64,000 nucleotides of DNA from an uncultured bacterium. Its GTDB lineage: Bacteria; Zixibacteria; MSB-5A5; CAIYYT01. The stretch is taken from contig CAVSCK010000003.1 of assembly GCA_963726455.1 (NCBI GenBank), positions 320,001 through 384,000 on the forward strand. The letters run 5' to 3'. A model generated the notes under the pieces. It saw only the letters and a program-made list of their open reading frames with translations. It did no database searches and was not told the origin of the DNA. This document shows positions 20,784 to 32,396 of this stretch, piece after piece. The number at the start of each line of letters is the position of its first letter. Position 1 is the stretch's first letter. The position numbers were made by a program, and so were the translations under genes.

Positions 20784-20790
20784 GCGAAGG

Positions 20791-22122
20791 TCAGGCGTCG
20801 ATCTTCTTTTTGAAGGTCGGGATGAGGTCGGCGATTTTGACGCGGGATTGTTCCATCGTGTCGCGGTCGCGGATCGTGACGGTCTCATCCTCTTTGGTCT
20901 GGCCGTCGATGGTTATGCAATAAGGCGTGCCGATTTCATCCATGCGGCGGTAACGTCGACCGACCGCACCGGAATCATCATAGAATGCCTTGAAGTGTTC
21001 TTTGAGCTCGTGGAAGACCTTCATCGCGATTTCGGGCATGCCATCCTTGTTAACCAGCGGGAAGACGGCGACCTTGACCGGCGCGATTTTGGGTGAGAAT
21101 TTCAGCACCACGCGCGTTTCGCCTTTGACTTCTTCTTCCTGATAGGCGTCGACCAACAGCACCAACAGCGTGCGGTCACAGCCGGCGGAGGTTTCGATGA
21201 TGTAGGGAATGAATTTCGTCTTGGTCGGTTCGTCGAAATAGCTTAAATCCTTGCCGGTGGCCTCGGCGTGACGGCTGAGGTCGAAATCGGTGCGGTTGTG
21301 GATGCCTTCGAGTTCTTTCCAGCCGAACGGGAATTCGTATTCGATGTCGTAGGCCTTTTTGGCGTAATGCGCGAGTTCGTCCTTGCCATGTTCGTGATAA
21401 CGGAGCTTGTCCTTGTTGATGCCGAGTTCGTAGTACCATTTCAGGCGTTCGGCCTTCCAGTATTCGAACCACTGGTCGTCATCGAACGGATTGATAAAGA
21501 ACTGCATTTCCATCTGTTCGAATTCGCGCGTGCGGAAAATAAAATTGCCGGGCGTGATTTCGTTGCGGAAGGCCTTGCCGATCTGGGCAATGCCAAACGG
21601 CACTTTCTGGCGCGACGGGCCCATGACATTGAGGAAGTTGACATAGATGCCCTGTGCTGTCTCGGGACGCATGTAGACGACGGCGGATGAATCCTCGACT
21701 GGGCCCATGAAGGTTTTGAACATCAGGTTGAACTGGCGCGGTTCGGTGAGTTCGCCGCCGCATTCCAACGGTGATTTCGAGGGTTTCATCGGGCAGCGCG
21801 CGGTTTCCAGTTGATCGGCGCGGAAACGGGCTTTGCATTTTTTGCAGTCGACCATGGGATCGGTGAAGTTGGCGACATGGCCGGAGGTTTCCCAGACTTT
21901 GGGGTGCATGAGAATCGCGGCGTCAATGCCTTCGACATCGTCGCGTTTCTGGGTCATGGCCTTCCACCAGAAATCCTTGAGGTTGCGTTTGAGTTCAACG
22001 CCGTAAGGGCCGTAATCCCAGCAACTGCCGAGGCCGCCGTAAATCTCCGACGACTGAAATACAAAGCCGCGCCGTTTGCACAGGGAAACTATCTGCTCCA
22101 TTCTGTCAACTGTCTTCGCCAC
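20791..22122 (-). CDS. glyQS: Glycine--tRNA ligase (alpha2 homodimeric type)
   Basis: SSEIYGG, RPETAQGI, FRNEITPGNFIFRTREFEQME, GRRYRRMDEIGTP; GTG start at 22122 with a GGAGG RBS. Confidence 0.96.
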   Translation of the reverse strand: MAKTVDRMEQIVSLCKRRGFVFQSSEIYGGLGSCWDYGPYGVELKRNLKDFWWKAMTQKRDDVEGIDAAILMHPKVWETSGHVANFTDPMVDCKKCKARFRADQLETARCPMKPSKSPLECGGELTEPRQFNLMFKTFMGPVEDSSAVVYMRPETAQGIYVNFLNVMGPSRQKVPFGIAQIGKAFRNEITPGNFIFRTREFEQMEMQFFINPFDDDQWFEYWKAERLKWYYELGINKDKLRYHEHGKDELAHYAKKAYDIEYEFPFGWKELEGIHNRTDFDLSRHAEATGKDLSYFDEPTKTKFIPYIIETSAGCDRTLLVLLVDAYQEEEVKGETRVVLKFSPKIAPVKVAVFPLVNKDGMPEIAMKVFHELKEHFKAFYDDSGAVGRRYRRMDEIGTPYCITIDGQTKEDETVTIRDRDTMEQSRVKIADLIPTFKKKIDA

Positions 22123-22903
22123 GGATTCCTCCATCCTGATGCATAAGATCCAACTTGCGCAGGAAATCGAACGATTTGAGATCAGCCCGTTTCCCGATGT
22201 GATACTCGGTGAGCGCGACCAGCATCTGCCGAATCTGTTCGGCCTGCGCCTTGGCCAGCGTGACTTTCCGATTATCACTGATGTCGGTACCCGCCAGTTT
22301 TTCCAGCGCCTTGACCGTGCCACGGTCGAGGGGAATTGTCAGGCGGTCGCCGACACATTTCTTACAAAGCAGCCCACCGCTCGCCGGGTCAAACATCAGC
22401 CGGTCGCCGACGATCTTGTCGCCGCACTCGACACAGGCGCCCAGCTCGGGGGCGTAGCCGGAGAATATACAGAGCAGATACCAGAAATGCAAAAGCTCCC
22501 TGCGGAAACTCTGCTCGGAGGAGTTGTTCATCAGACGCAGGAATTTCTTGAGTGTGAAGTAGAGCTGGCTGTTGACCTCGTCCTCGGGCAGGAAAAGATT
22601 GGCCAATTCGAGCGCCGCCGAACCGTAGCCGAATTTCTGTTCGTCCTGGGCGATGTTGTCGAAGCTTTCCACGACTTCGGCTTTGGAGATGTAATCGGCC
22701 GATTCGCTTTCGCGCTGGTAGAAGACGACATCGGCAACGACAAAGTATTGCAGCGATTCGGCGCTGGCGGAACCGGGGCGCGTGGCGGAACGCGCCACTA
22801 GCGGCAGTTTGCCGTAGTCACGCGTGAGACAGATCAGGAAGAGCGAGCTTTCCTGAACTTTGGTTCGTTTCAGAACCAGCAATTCGGTTTTCTTAAGTGA
22901 CAT
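22106..22903 (-). CDS. recO: DNA repair protein RecO
   Basis: LTRDYGKL OB-fold start; GYAPEL and a CxxC..GGLLCxxC zinc finger; recO-glyS synteny. Confidence 0.9.
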   Translation of the reverse strand: MSLKKTELLVLKRTKVQESSLFLICLTRDYGKLPLVARSATRPGSASAESLQYFVVADVVFYQRESESADYISKAEVVESFDNIAQDEQKFGYGSAALELANLFLPEDEVNSQLYFTLKKFLRLMNNSSEQSFRRELLHFWYLLCIFSGYAPELGACVECGDKIVGDRLMFDPASGGLLCKKCVGDRLTIPLDRGTVKALEKLAGTDISDNRKVTLAKAQAEQIRQMLVALTEYHIGKRADLKSFDFLRKLDLMHQDGGIRGEDS

Positions 22904-22917
22904 GGCCGTGAAGCCGG

Positions 22918-23220
22918 CTAAAACTCGATGATGGTTTCGCCGGGGCGTTTAAGCTGGAAATTCTTGCGGGCAACCTTTTCGATGTAGAGCGAGTCGTTCA
23001 GAAGGCGATCGCGCTTGAGTTCGAGATCGGCGACCTGTGCTGAGAGCTTGAGCTCTTCGGCTTTGAGCTCGGTGATCTGTTTCTTGAGTTCCATCATGTT
23101 CAGGAAACCGTATTCGCCGACGAACAGTTTGAAGCCGACTGCGAGGAAAATGGCAAGCAGGATGAAGCGCAGGACTTTGACGCGGTAGCCGGGTTTGGTG
23201 TCTTCGGTGTTCTTGCGCAC
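22918..23220 (-). CDS. ftsB: Septum formation initiator FtsB/DivIC
   Basis: One TM helix, a coiled coil and YIEKVARKNFQLKRPGE; directly downstream of eno. Confidence 0.85.
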   Translation of the reverse strand: MRKNTEDTKPGYRVKVLRFILLAIFLAVGFKLFVGEYGFLNMMELKKQITELKAEELKLSAQVADLELKRDRLLNDSLYIEKVARKNFQLKRPGETIIEF

Positions 23221-23238
23221 GTGGTTTCCCTTTCACTA

Positions 23239-23376
23239 GCGTCAGGTCACACCATTCGCCTCGCGGGGCGAGGCGAATGGCAGGACCTGACGCAACTATT
23301 AGGAACTTCTCTCGAGTCGTGTCAGGTTACTTTGACCATTCCGTTCGACGGGACAGTCGGCAAGACCTGACGCAAC
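23239..23376. repeat. Two tandem ~58-bp hairpin elements GTCAGGT..GACCTGACGCAAC (80-bp period)
   Basis: Copies at 23239-23296 and 23319-23376; related to the element at ~16647-16689. Confidence 0.7.
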
Positions 23377-23385
23377 AATTTTACC

Positions 23386-24705
<1,320 letters not shown>

Positions 24706-24878
24706 TTAGACTGCGAATTTATCGAGCATTACGATACCCAGCAACATAAAATTTAAACCGTTACTTTAAGGGGTTGCGGCGGCGAACGATGGGCGCAAGT
24801 TGTTGTTATGCTGTGAGATAGAGGGACGTTCCGGGGTTGCCCGTCTGCGGTTAAGGCGGATATGGTTGGAGAAAACGG

Positions 24879-25716
24879 GACAAACAGGAATGCTCATCCT
24901 ACTGGGGCGCCGAAAATGCGGCAGGGATGTTCACTGCGGACTTACGCGCTCCCTCACCCCCGGCCCCTCTCCCAAAGGGCGAGGGGAGAAACGAAATCGA
25001 CAAACAGGAATGTTCATCCTACTGAGGCGCCGAAAGTGCGGCAAGGGTGTTTCCTGCCGACTTGCGCGCTCCCTCACCCCCGGCCCCTCTCCCAAAAGGA
25101 GAGGAGAGGAATTGGGATCTTCGTCTTGCTGGAGCGCCGAAAGTGCAGCAAGGATGTTTCCTGCGGACTTACGCGCTCCCTCACCTCCGGCCCCTCTCCC
25201 AAAGGGCGAGGGGAGGAATGAAATCGACAAACGGGAATGTTCATCCTACTGGGGCGCCGAAAGTGCGGCAAGGGTGTTTCCTGCCGACTTGCGCGCTCCC
25301 TCACCCCCGGCCCCTCTCCCAAAGGGCGAGGGGAGGAATGAAATCGACAAACGGGAATGTTCATCCTACTGAGGCGCCGAAAGTGCGGCAAAGATGTTTC
25401 CTGCGGACTTACGCGCTCCCTCACCCCCGGCCCCTCTCCCAAAGGGCGAGGGGAGAAATGAAATCGACAAACAGGAATGTTTATCCTACTGAGGCGCCGA
25501 AAGTGCAACAAGGATGTTTCCTGCGGACTTACGCGCTCCCTCACCCCCGGCCCCTCTCCCAAAGGGCGAGGGGAGGAATGAAATCGACAAACGGGAATGT
25601 TCGTCCTGCTGGGATTGTGGTGGGACGTCGCGGCAGGCGAGGACGACTGCCGCGCACGAACTGAACGGACAATCGCCGCGCACGAGGGGTTTGGCGCGCT
25701 CCCTCACCCCCCGGCC
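24879..25716. repeat. Tandem array of ~120-bp composite REP units (BIME-like), left of blaI
   Basis: Units start at 24879, 24999, ~25114 (short variant), 25226, 25346, 25466 and 25586. Each has GACAAACRGGAATGTTCATCCTAC plus CCCTCACCCCCGGCCCCTCTCCCAAAGGGCGAGGGG. Confidence 0.92.
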
Positions 25717-25729
25717 GTGATCGCGGAGA

Positions 25730-25789
25730 TGCTAAAAATTTAGCAAATAGCCCTTGACAGATTGAGGGCGAGATGCTAAATTATTAGCA
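25730..25789 (+). promoter_or_regulatory. blaI promoter with two palindromic operators TGCTAA-N4-TTAGCA
   Basis: Operators at 25730-25745 and 25774-25789; TTGACA at 25754, 17-bp spacer, extended -10 TGcTAAATT inside operator 2. Confidence 0.8.
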
Positions 25790-25850
25790 GATAGGGTTAA
25801 TTGAAAATGATAATGGGATTGGCCAGGAACAGGCAGGTCGTGGTAAGGCA

Positions 25851-26240
25851 ATGAAGAAACAGGCGATCGAGCATTTGAGTCGCAGGGAGAGGCAGATTAT
25901 GTATGTGATATACCGTCAGGGGGAGGCCTCGGTCACCGATGTTCGCGACAACCTGCCTGATCCTCCCGGCTATTCTGCGGTGAGGGCGCTGCTGGTACTG
26001 CTGGAGGGCAAAGGGTACGTGAGGCATCGGAAGGTCGGCCGAGCTTATTTGTATAAGCCGGTCGTCAGCCGAGATAAGACACGATACGCGGCGCTAAGAC
26101 AGATGATACATACGTTCTTTGACGGCTCGGTGGAAAATGTCGTAGCCGCGCTATTGGGGTCATCGCCAAAGCTGTCGGAAGATGAACTGGTGAGAATCGA
26201 AAAGCTTATAAAGGAGAAGCGGGGAGGAGATAAGGAATGA
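25851..26240 (+). CDS. BlaI/MecI/CopY family transcriptional repressor
   Basis: LSRRERQIM, YSAVRALLVLLEGKG, FFDGS motifs. Confidence 0.93.
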   Translation: MKKQAIEHLSRRERQIMYVIYRQGEASVTDVRDNLPDPPGYSAVRALLVLLEGKGYVRHRKVGRAYLYKPVVSRDKTRYAALRQMIHTFFDGSVENVVAALLGSSPKLSEDELVRIEKLIKEKRGGDKE

Positions 26241-27640
26241 GTCTGTTCGAGTCAATGGTGCGGCCGGCAGGATCGGCTGAGATACCGGTGCTACTGATCG
26301 TAAGCTTTCTGAAGGTCGCGATCTTCGTTGGCCTGGCACTTCTGGTCAGGAATTTCATGTCGGACGCCCACCCGGATCGACGGCACTTGTTGATGCGGCT
26401 GGCGCTGGCGATTTCCGTACTCCTGCCAGTGACGTCGTTCGCGTTTTCGATCTTCAACTCGCGACTGATCAGTGCGATTTCGACCACGATATTCCTATCT
26501 GTCCCGGGATTGATCGCAACGAGTTCAGCCGGCGACCGGCTACCTTCGAGCGCAGTCGCTGATTTTCCATGGATGGGATTGGCGGTAGTGATTTGGCTGG
26601 CGGGCGCCAGCGCGGTTCTGCTCCGGCTTGGGTATGGGCTGATATTGAGATCGAAACTCTTGCGCCAATCACAACCTTTTGACACGGACGACGGTCAGCA
26701 GTTGGCACAGCAGCTTACACAGGAACTTGGAATTAAGAGGCGTATTCGGTTGGCGATCTCATCGGCGATCAGCGGTCCCGTCGCCTGGAGTCTTCCAAGG
26801 GCGACAGTAATATTGCCGTCGGAGTCACTCACCTGGAGTCGGGATGAATTGAGAGTAGCGCTGGTACATGAGTTCAGTCACATAAAACGTCGCGACGATG
26901 TTTGGATGCTGATGGGGGTACTGGCCACGGCGATTCATTGGTTCAATCCACTGGTGTGGTTGACAAAGGGGAAACTGATTCTCGATGCGGACAGCGCCTG
27001 CGACAGCATGGTTGTTAATTCGGGCTCTGACGGAAACATGTATGCCCGCTTCATGCTGGCGATGGCACGTCGATGCAGTATGACCAAGATATCGATAGCG
27101 ATCGGATCAGAGATTTTCGGCAGAAAGCAATTGGAGGAAAGAATCATGGCAATTCAAAATGGAAGCGTTCGCTCGCATCAGGTGAGGCGATCACTCGTCG
27201 GATTAGCATGGATACTGTCATTGTCCATCAGTATTCCGGTGGCTGGGGCGCGAATTGCGGGCAATACCGATGCGGCTGATAATGCACAGAAGACCGAAAC
27301 GGCAAAACCCGCGCAATTTCCAGCGCCGGACTCGTTCGTAGACGTGTCGGAACAGCCCGTGATGCTGCACGCGGAGAATCCGGCGTATCCGGACTCGGCC
27401 AAGAAGGCCGGTATAGAGGGTAGTGTGTGGGTACAGGTGCTTGTTGATACAGCGGGCCATGCGGCTGACGTCAGAATCAAGCAGACGTCCAACTTTGAGC
27501 CGTTTGACAAGTCCGCTCTGGCGGCGGCCAAGAAGACTGCCTGGAAGCCGGCAGAGTTTGAGGGGCGCAAAGTAGCGGTGTGGGTTGTTTACCAGATCAA
27601 ATTCACCTTGGGAGATAAGACCGCTAAGCCGGGGAAATAG
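26237..27640 (+). CDS. M56 (BlaR1-like) metallopeptidase fused to a TonB C-terminal domain
   Basis: HEFSHIKRRD, HWFNPLVW, ACD and LEERI; C-terminal PAYPDSAKKAGIEGSVWVQVLVD..WKPA. ATGA overlap with blaI. Confidence 0.92.
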   Translation: MSLFESMVRPAGSAEIPVLLIVSFLKVAIFVGLALLVRNFMSDAHPDRRHLLMRLALAISVLLPVTSFAFSIFNSRLISAISTTIFLSVPGLIATSSAGDRLPSSAVADFPWMGLAVVIWLAGASAVLLRLGYGLILRSKLLRQSQPFDTDDGQQLAQQLTQELGIKRRIRLAISSAISGPVAWSLPRATVILPSESLTWSRDELRVALVHEFSHIKRRDDVWMLMGVLATAIHWFNPLVWLTKGKLILDADSACDSMVVNSGSDGNMYARFMLAMARRCSMTKISIAIGSEIFGRKQLEERIMAIQNGSVRSHQVRRSLVGLAWILSLSISIPVAGARIAGNTDAADNAQKTETAKPAQFPAPDSFVDVSEQPVMLHAENPAYPDSAKKAGIEGSVWVQVLVDTAGHAADVRIKQTSNFEPFDKSALAAAKKTAWKPAEFEGRKVAVWVVYQIKFTLGDKTAKPGK

Positions 27641-27664
27641 TCGGTGGGAAGACAAACGGAAAAA

Positions 27665-28644
27665 CTTACGCGCTCCCTCACCTCCTGCCCCTCTCCCACG
27701 GTGAGAGGGGAGAAATTGGGATCTTCGTCTTGCTGGGGCACCGATAGTGCGGCGAGGTTATTTCTTGAGGCCCGCGCGCTCCCTCACCCCCGGCCCCTCT
27801 CCCAAAGGGCGAGGGGAGAAATGAAATCGACAAACGGGAATGTTCGTCCTACTGGGGCGCGGAAAGTGCGGCAAGGGTGTTTCCTGCGGACTTACGCGCT
27901 CCCTCACCCCCGGCCCCTCTCCCAAAGGGCGAGGGGAGAAATTGGGATCTTCGTCTTGCTGGGGCACCGATAGTGCGGCGAGGTTATTTCTTGAGGCCCG
28001 CGCGCTCCCTCACCCCCGGCCCCTCTCCCAAAGGGCGAGGGGAGGAATTGGGATCTTCGTCTTGCTGGGGCACCGATAGTGCGGCGAGGTTATTTCTTGA
28101 GGCCCGCGCGCTCCCTCACCCCCGGCCCCTCTCCCAAAGGGCGAGGGGAGAAATGAAATCGACAAACAGGAATGTTCATCCTACTGGGGTTGTGGTGGGA
28201 CGTCGCGGCAGGCGAGGACGACTGCCGCGCACGAGGGGATTGGCGCGCTCCCTCACCTCCTGCCCCTCTCCCACGGTGAGAGGGGAGTTAGTAGGATAAA
28301 CATTCTTGTTTGTCCCGTTCGAGCGTGAAGTTCAGTTGAGGAGCAATGGACAAACAGGAATGTTCGTCCTACTGGGGTTGTGGTGGGACGTCGCGGCAGG
28401 CGAGGACGACTGCCGTGCACGGGGGATTGATGCGCACCCTCACCCCCCGCCCCTCTCCCAAAGGGCGAGGGGAGAAATGAAATCGACAAACAGGAATGTT
28501 CATGCTGCTGGGGGTGTGGTGGGACGTCGCGGCAGGCGAGGACGACTGCCGTGCACGGGGGATTGATGCGCACTTTCACCCCCGGCCCCTCTCTCAAAGG
28601 GCGAGGGGAGGAATGAAATCGACAAACGGGAATGTTCATCCTAC
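27665..28644. repeat. Second composite REP array, right of the M56-TonB gene, same orientation as the first
   Basis: Eight CCCTCACC..GAGGGG hairpins (~27674, 27781, 27901, 28007, 28113, 28250, 28437, 28573) interleaved with GTAG-REP and GGCAG..CTGCC modules. Includes an inverted REP doublet at 28291-28372. Confidence 0.92.
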
Positions 28645-28802
28645 TTAGCTCAGATGACGGGCAGCAGGTGACTTAGGGTCATGCCTGGAAAAGGGGCACC
28701 CCCGGCCCGTGGGGAACCGGGGGTGGAACTGGTCTCATGGCAGTCATGGGATCAGAGTATTCTTGCGGCCTCCATCTTGCACGCGATGCTCGCACGACGC
28801 AG

Positions 28803-29244
28803 CAGTCCGTCAGGAAGGGGTTCCTGACGGCGCAATCGACTAATCGACTGATGCCGAAGAGAAAGTGAAGCAGACGGGAGCTCTACCGCCGTCGAAATGA
28901 CACCGTAAGGAATGTCAACACCGATGCGGTTTAGACCTACGTGTCTGCACACAGCGTCAGCGAGTCCGTCAGGAAAAGGTTCCTGACGGCGCGGTGGAAG
29001 GGATTCCTGAGGGCGCGATGCGCGGACGGGCATTAAGGCTCGTCGAGATTGACACACATGAAAGTGTGTCCTACGGCGGTGACCAAGATTGTTCATTCTA
29101 CTCGACTCACAAAGGTGCTCCTCGTACATGGACAAACAGGAATGTTCGTCCTACTGGATGGACAAGCAGGAATGCTTATCCTACTGGATTCCCGCCTCGC
29201 GGGAATGACAACACTTATGACACGCAGGAATGGGCATCCAACCG
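28803..29244. repeat. REP cluster downstream of ftsZ
   Basis: CCGTCAGGAA-N4-TTCCTGACGG at 28807 and 28966; GTAG-type REPs at ~29051, 29131 and 29161; CTGGATTCCCGCCTCGCGGGAATGAC at 29184. Confidence 0.75.
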
Positions 29245-29260
29245 CGTGTGCAGTTCCGCA

Positions 29261-30433
29261 TTATCGCGGACGATTTCTCAGGAATGCCGGAACATCGAGA
29301 TCGTTAACGTCGACGGTCTCGTTATTCTCGGATACTAATTGTTCCTGTGGAAGTGAGCGGTCGAGACCGGCAATCCGATTTACAAACGGCATTTCGCCGC
29401 GTTTTTCAAACAGGTCAACCGCTTCGGGCTGCTCCATCTTCTCCATCATCTGGCGTTTCGCCGTACCGAAACCGGTGGCGATAACGGTCACGCGAATTTC
29501 GTCCTCCAGAGCGGGATCGATGACCGCGCCGAAAATGATGTTGGCATCAGAGCCGGCGGCATCATAGATCACCGTGGTCGCTTCGTTGACTTCATACAGC
29601 GTCAAGTCAGGCGAGCCGGTGACATTGACCAGCACACCTTTGGCGCCGGAGATGCAGACATCCTCCAGAAGCGGCGAATTGATAGCCATACGTGCGGCGT
29701 TGGCAGCTTTGTTTTCGCCGGTGCCGACTCCGGAACCCATCATGGCATCGCCCATTTCCATCATGACCGTGCGAACATCGGCAAAGTCGCAGTTGATCAG
29801 GCCGGGAATCGTGATGAGATCGGAGATACCGCGCGTGGCGCGAAGCAGCACGTCGTCGGCCATAATGAATGCGTCGGTCAGGCGCGTGGACGGGTCGACG
29901 ATCGACAGGAGCCGCTGGTTCGGGATAACAATCAAAGTGTCGACACGGGTTTTGAGTTCGTCGATTCCAGTGAGGGCGCGATTCATGCGCTTGCGGCCTT
30001 CGAATTCGAATGGTTTGGTGATGATCGCCACTGTCAGAGCGCCAATCTCGCGCGCGATTTCCGCCGCAATCGGAGCGCCGCCGGTGCCGGTACCGCCACC
30101 CATGCCGGCGGTTACGAATACAAGGTCGGCTCCCTGCAATAACGCCGCGACGCGTTCGCGGTCTTCTTCCATGGACTGTTTGCCGATTTCGGGGCGAGCA
30201 CCGGCTCCGAGACCGCGGGTTATGTTGCCGCCGATCTGGAGTTTGACGTCGGCCTTGGAGAAGTCGAGCGCCTGTGAATCGGTGTTGATCGAGATGAACT
30301 CGACGCCAGTCAGGCCCTGCGCGACCATGCGGTTGACGGCATTGCCGCCCGCGCCGCCCACACCGACTACTTTGATTTTGGCATAGTTTGCGTAGTCGGA
30401 TGCGAATTCCAATTTCATCGGGCTGTCACTCAT
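29261..30433 (-). CDS. ftsZ: Cell division protein FtsZ
   Basis: [11 protein letters not shown] and the tubulin signature GMGGGTGTG; C-terminal LDVPAFLR. Confidence 0.98.
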   Translation of the reverse strand: MSDSPMKLEFASDYANYAKIKVVGVGGAGGNAVNRMVAQGLTGVEFISINTDSQALDFSKADVKLQIGGNITRGLGAGARPEIGKQSMEEDRERVAALLQGADLVFVTAGMGGGTGTGGAPIAAEIAREIGALTVAIITKPFEFEGRKRMNRALTGIDELKTRVDTLIVIPNQRLLSIVDPSTRLTDAFIMADDVLLRATRGISDLITIPGLINCDFADVRTVMMEMGDAMMGSGVGTGENKAANAARMAINSPLLEDVCISGAKGVLVNVTGSPDLTLYEVNEATTVIYDAAGSDANIIFGAVIDPALEDEIRVTVIATGFGTAKRQMMEKMEQPEAVDLFEKRGEMPFVNRIAGLDRSLPQEQLVSENNETVDVNDLDVPAFLRNRPR

Positions 30434-30454
30434 CGTTTCGCCTTTCTCTATACT

Positions 30455-31684
30455 TTAGAAATTAAACATCGAGTTAAACACCTTCTCCAACCGGCTGAAG
30501 GCGCGGTTGAACACGCCGGCGTCACGTCTCCCCTTTTCGGGATGATCAATGCCGTAGCGCACGAGGCCGTAAGCCGTCGAATAGATCGGATTGCTGACAA
30601 TCGCTGACATACCGGTGAATCCCTTGGGAATGCCGACACGCACCGGCATATCGAATATTTGCTCGGCGAGTTGGTCGATGCCACGCAGCAACGAGCCGCC
30701 GCCGGTCAGGACGATACCGCCGGCAACGGACTGGTAGAAGTTGGTGCGTTTGAGTTCCATCAAGACCAGCTTGAAGATCTCCTCCACGCGCGGTTCGATG
30801 ATGTTGGCGATGACGCTGCGTGAGACCTCTTTGGGAGGACGGTCACCCACAGTCGGAACGGTGACCATTTCTTCCGCATCGACGAGACTCACCATGGCAG
30901 CGCCGTAGTCGATCTTGATTTGTTCAGCGTGATCGACGGGAGTACGCAGGCCGATGGCCAGGTCGTTGGTGATGTTGCGACCGCCGAGGCCGATGACAGA
31001 GGTGTGCCGGATTGAGGAATCGGTAAACAGCGCCAGGTCAGTGGTGCCGCCGCCGAGGTCGATCAGCACGGTGCCCAATTCCATTTCATCGTTGTTGAGC
31101 ACGCAGAGGGCGGACGCCAACGGCTGCAGGACGAGGTCGTTGACTTCGTAGTCGGCGCGCCTGATTGATTTATAGATGTTCTGCGCCGAGGTAATCGCGC
31201 CGGTGACGATGTGGACTTCGGCTTCCAGGCGCACACCGGACATTCCAACCGGGTCCTTGATACCGCCCTGGTCATCGACGATAAATTCCTGCGGCAGGAT
31301 ATGGATAATTTCACGGTCGGCGGGAATGGCCACGGCCTTGGCGGCGGCAATGACGCGCTCGACATCATATTCGGAAATTTCGTTATCGGATCGGCTGACA
31401 GCAATTACGCCGCGCGAATTGATGCTTTTGATATGGTCACCGGCGATGCCGGCGTAAACGGAATCGATTTCGATTTTGGCCATTTCCTCGGCGGCAGTGA
31501 CGGCGCGCTCGATGGAGCCGATGGTCTTTTCCAGATTGACAACCACACCGCGCTTGAGTCCTTCAGACGGCGCCGTGCCGATACCGATGATCTTTTCCTC
31601 GCCATCGGGGGACACCTGACATATCAAGGCACAGATTTTGGTGGTGCCGATATCCAGTCCGCAAACGATTCTTTCAGATGCCAT
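30455..31684 (-). CDS. ftsA: Cell division protein FtsA
   Basis: GLDIGTTKI, DPVGMSGVRLE, IDLGGGTTD, VLTGGGS. Confidence 0.97.
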   Translation of the reverse strand: MASERIVCGLDIGTTKICALICQVSPDGEEKIIGIGTAPSEGLKRGVVVNLEKTIGSIERAVTAAEEMAKIEIDSVYAGIAGDHIKSINSRGVIAVSRSDNEISEYDVERVIAAAKAVAIPADREIIHILPQEFIVDDQGGIKDPVGMSGVRLEAEVHIVTGAITSAQNIYKSIRRADYEVNDLVLQPLASALCVLNNDEMELGTVLIDLGGGTTDLALFTDSSIRHTSVIGLGGRNITNDLAIGLRTPVDHAEQIKIDYGAAMVSLVDAEEMVTVPTVGDRPPKEVSRSVIANIIEPRVEEIFKLVLMELKRTNFYQSVAGGIVLTGGGSLLRGIDQLAEQIFDMPVRVGIPKGFTGMSAIVSNPIYSTAYGLVRYGIDHPEKGRRDAGVFNRAFSRLEKVFNSMFNF

Positions 31685-32396
31685 TGCTTGCCTCTCTATT
31701 TATAGTTCTTGTTCTCAAAACAGCCAGGTCAACAAGCCGGAGATCGAGGTCGAGCCCGGGATTCTTGTTGCCGGTCAGGATATTTTGCAAACGATCAATC
31801 TTCTTGTCATTGTCCCCCCACCCGTAGTTGACGACGATCGAGCCGGGCTCGAAGATGAGGCCCAAGCCGGATGCGTTGACGCGCACCTCGGAAAGGTTGG
31901 CGAAGACGTCGGGGCGCTTGCTACGTAGATCGACGACCAGCCGCAGCGCCGAGCGCAGTTCGGGCTTGTCGATGATCTGGTACATCTGGACGGTGTCGAC
32001 ATGCAAACCCTGAATCACAGGGAGCGAGAAGATCGTGTCGGCGATATTGGTCGGCACGAGTTCACAGCGCGATGTGACACCGTAGAGATCATCCAACAGG
32101 ATATAAGCGACCGGAACTTTCTCGGTGACGTTCACGAGAAGTTTGCCGGTGTGGTCGATGCGGGCGTAAACCCGCTCGACGAAATGGTGACCGTAAACGG
32201 CATTGACCACGCGCGTGAGATCGGTATTGAGCACATTCTCACCCAGCGTGACCGGAAGGTTTTCGGCCGTGATTCTGGTGCTGCCGGTGATTTCGATGTC
32301 GCGGAGCGTGATGACCGGGTATTGCTTCATGGCGTAACCGGCGCCGAGCAGCAGCAGCGAAAACAGAAACAGCAATTTGGGAAGCGCACGCTTCAT
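31674..32396 (-). CDS. ftsQ: Cell division protein FtsQ/DivIB
   Basis: One TM helix, POTRA-like region, C-terminal LDLR; sits directly upstream of ftsA. Confidence 0.85.
   Translation of the reverse strand: MKRALPKLLFLFSLLLLGAGYAMKQYPVITLRDIEITGSTRITAENLPVTLGENVLNTDLTRVVNAVYGHHFVERVYARIDHTGKLLVNVTEKVPVAYILLDDLYGVTSRCELVPTNIADTIFSLPVIQGLHVDTVQMYQIIDKPELRSALRLVVDLRSKRPDVFANLSEVRVNASGLGLIFEPGSIVVNYGWGDNDKKIDRLQNILTGNKNPGLDLDLRLVDLAVLRTRTINREASNGI

Noticed and set aside
24800-28639. ORFs inside the repeat arrays (PSPPAPLPKGEG / LTPGPSPKGRG peptides)
   Set aside because: They are open on both strands because the 120-bp unit is GC-rich and a multiple of three; they are translations of repeat DNA.
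24879-28644. CRISPR array
   Set aside because: The ~120-bp units repeat along their whole length with no unique spacers, and there are no cas genes.
28697-28725. Intrinsic terminator (CACCCCCGG..CCGGGGGTG)
   Set aside because: Strong stem, but no adjacent U-tract on either strand and far from the nearest gene ends.
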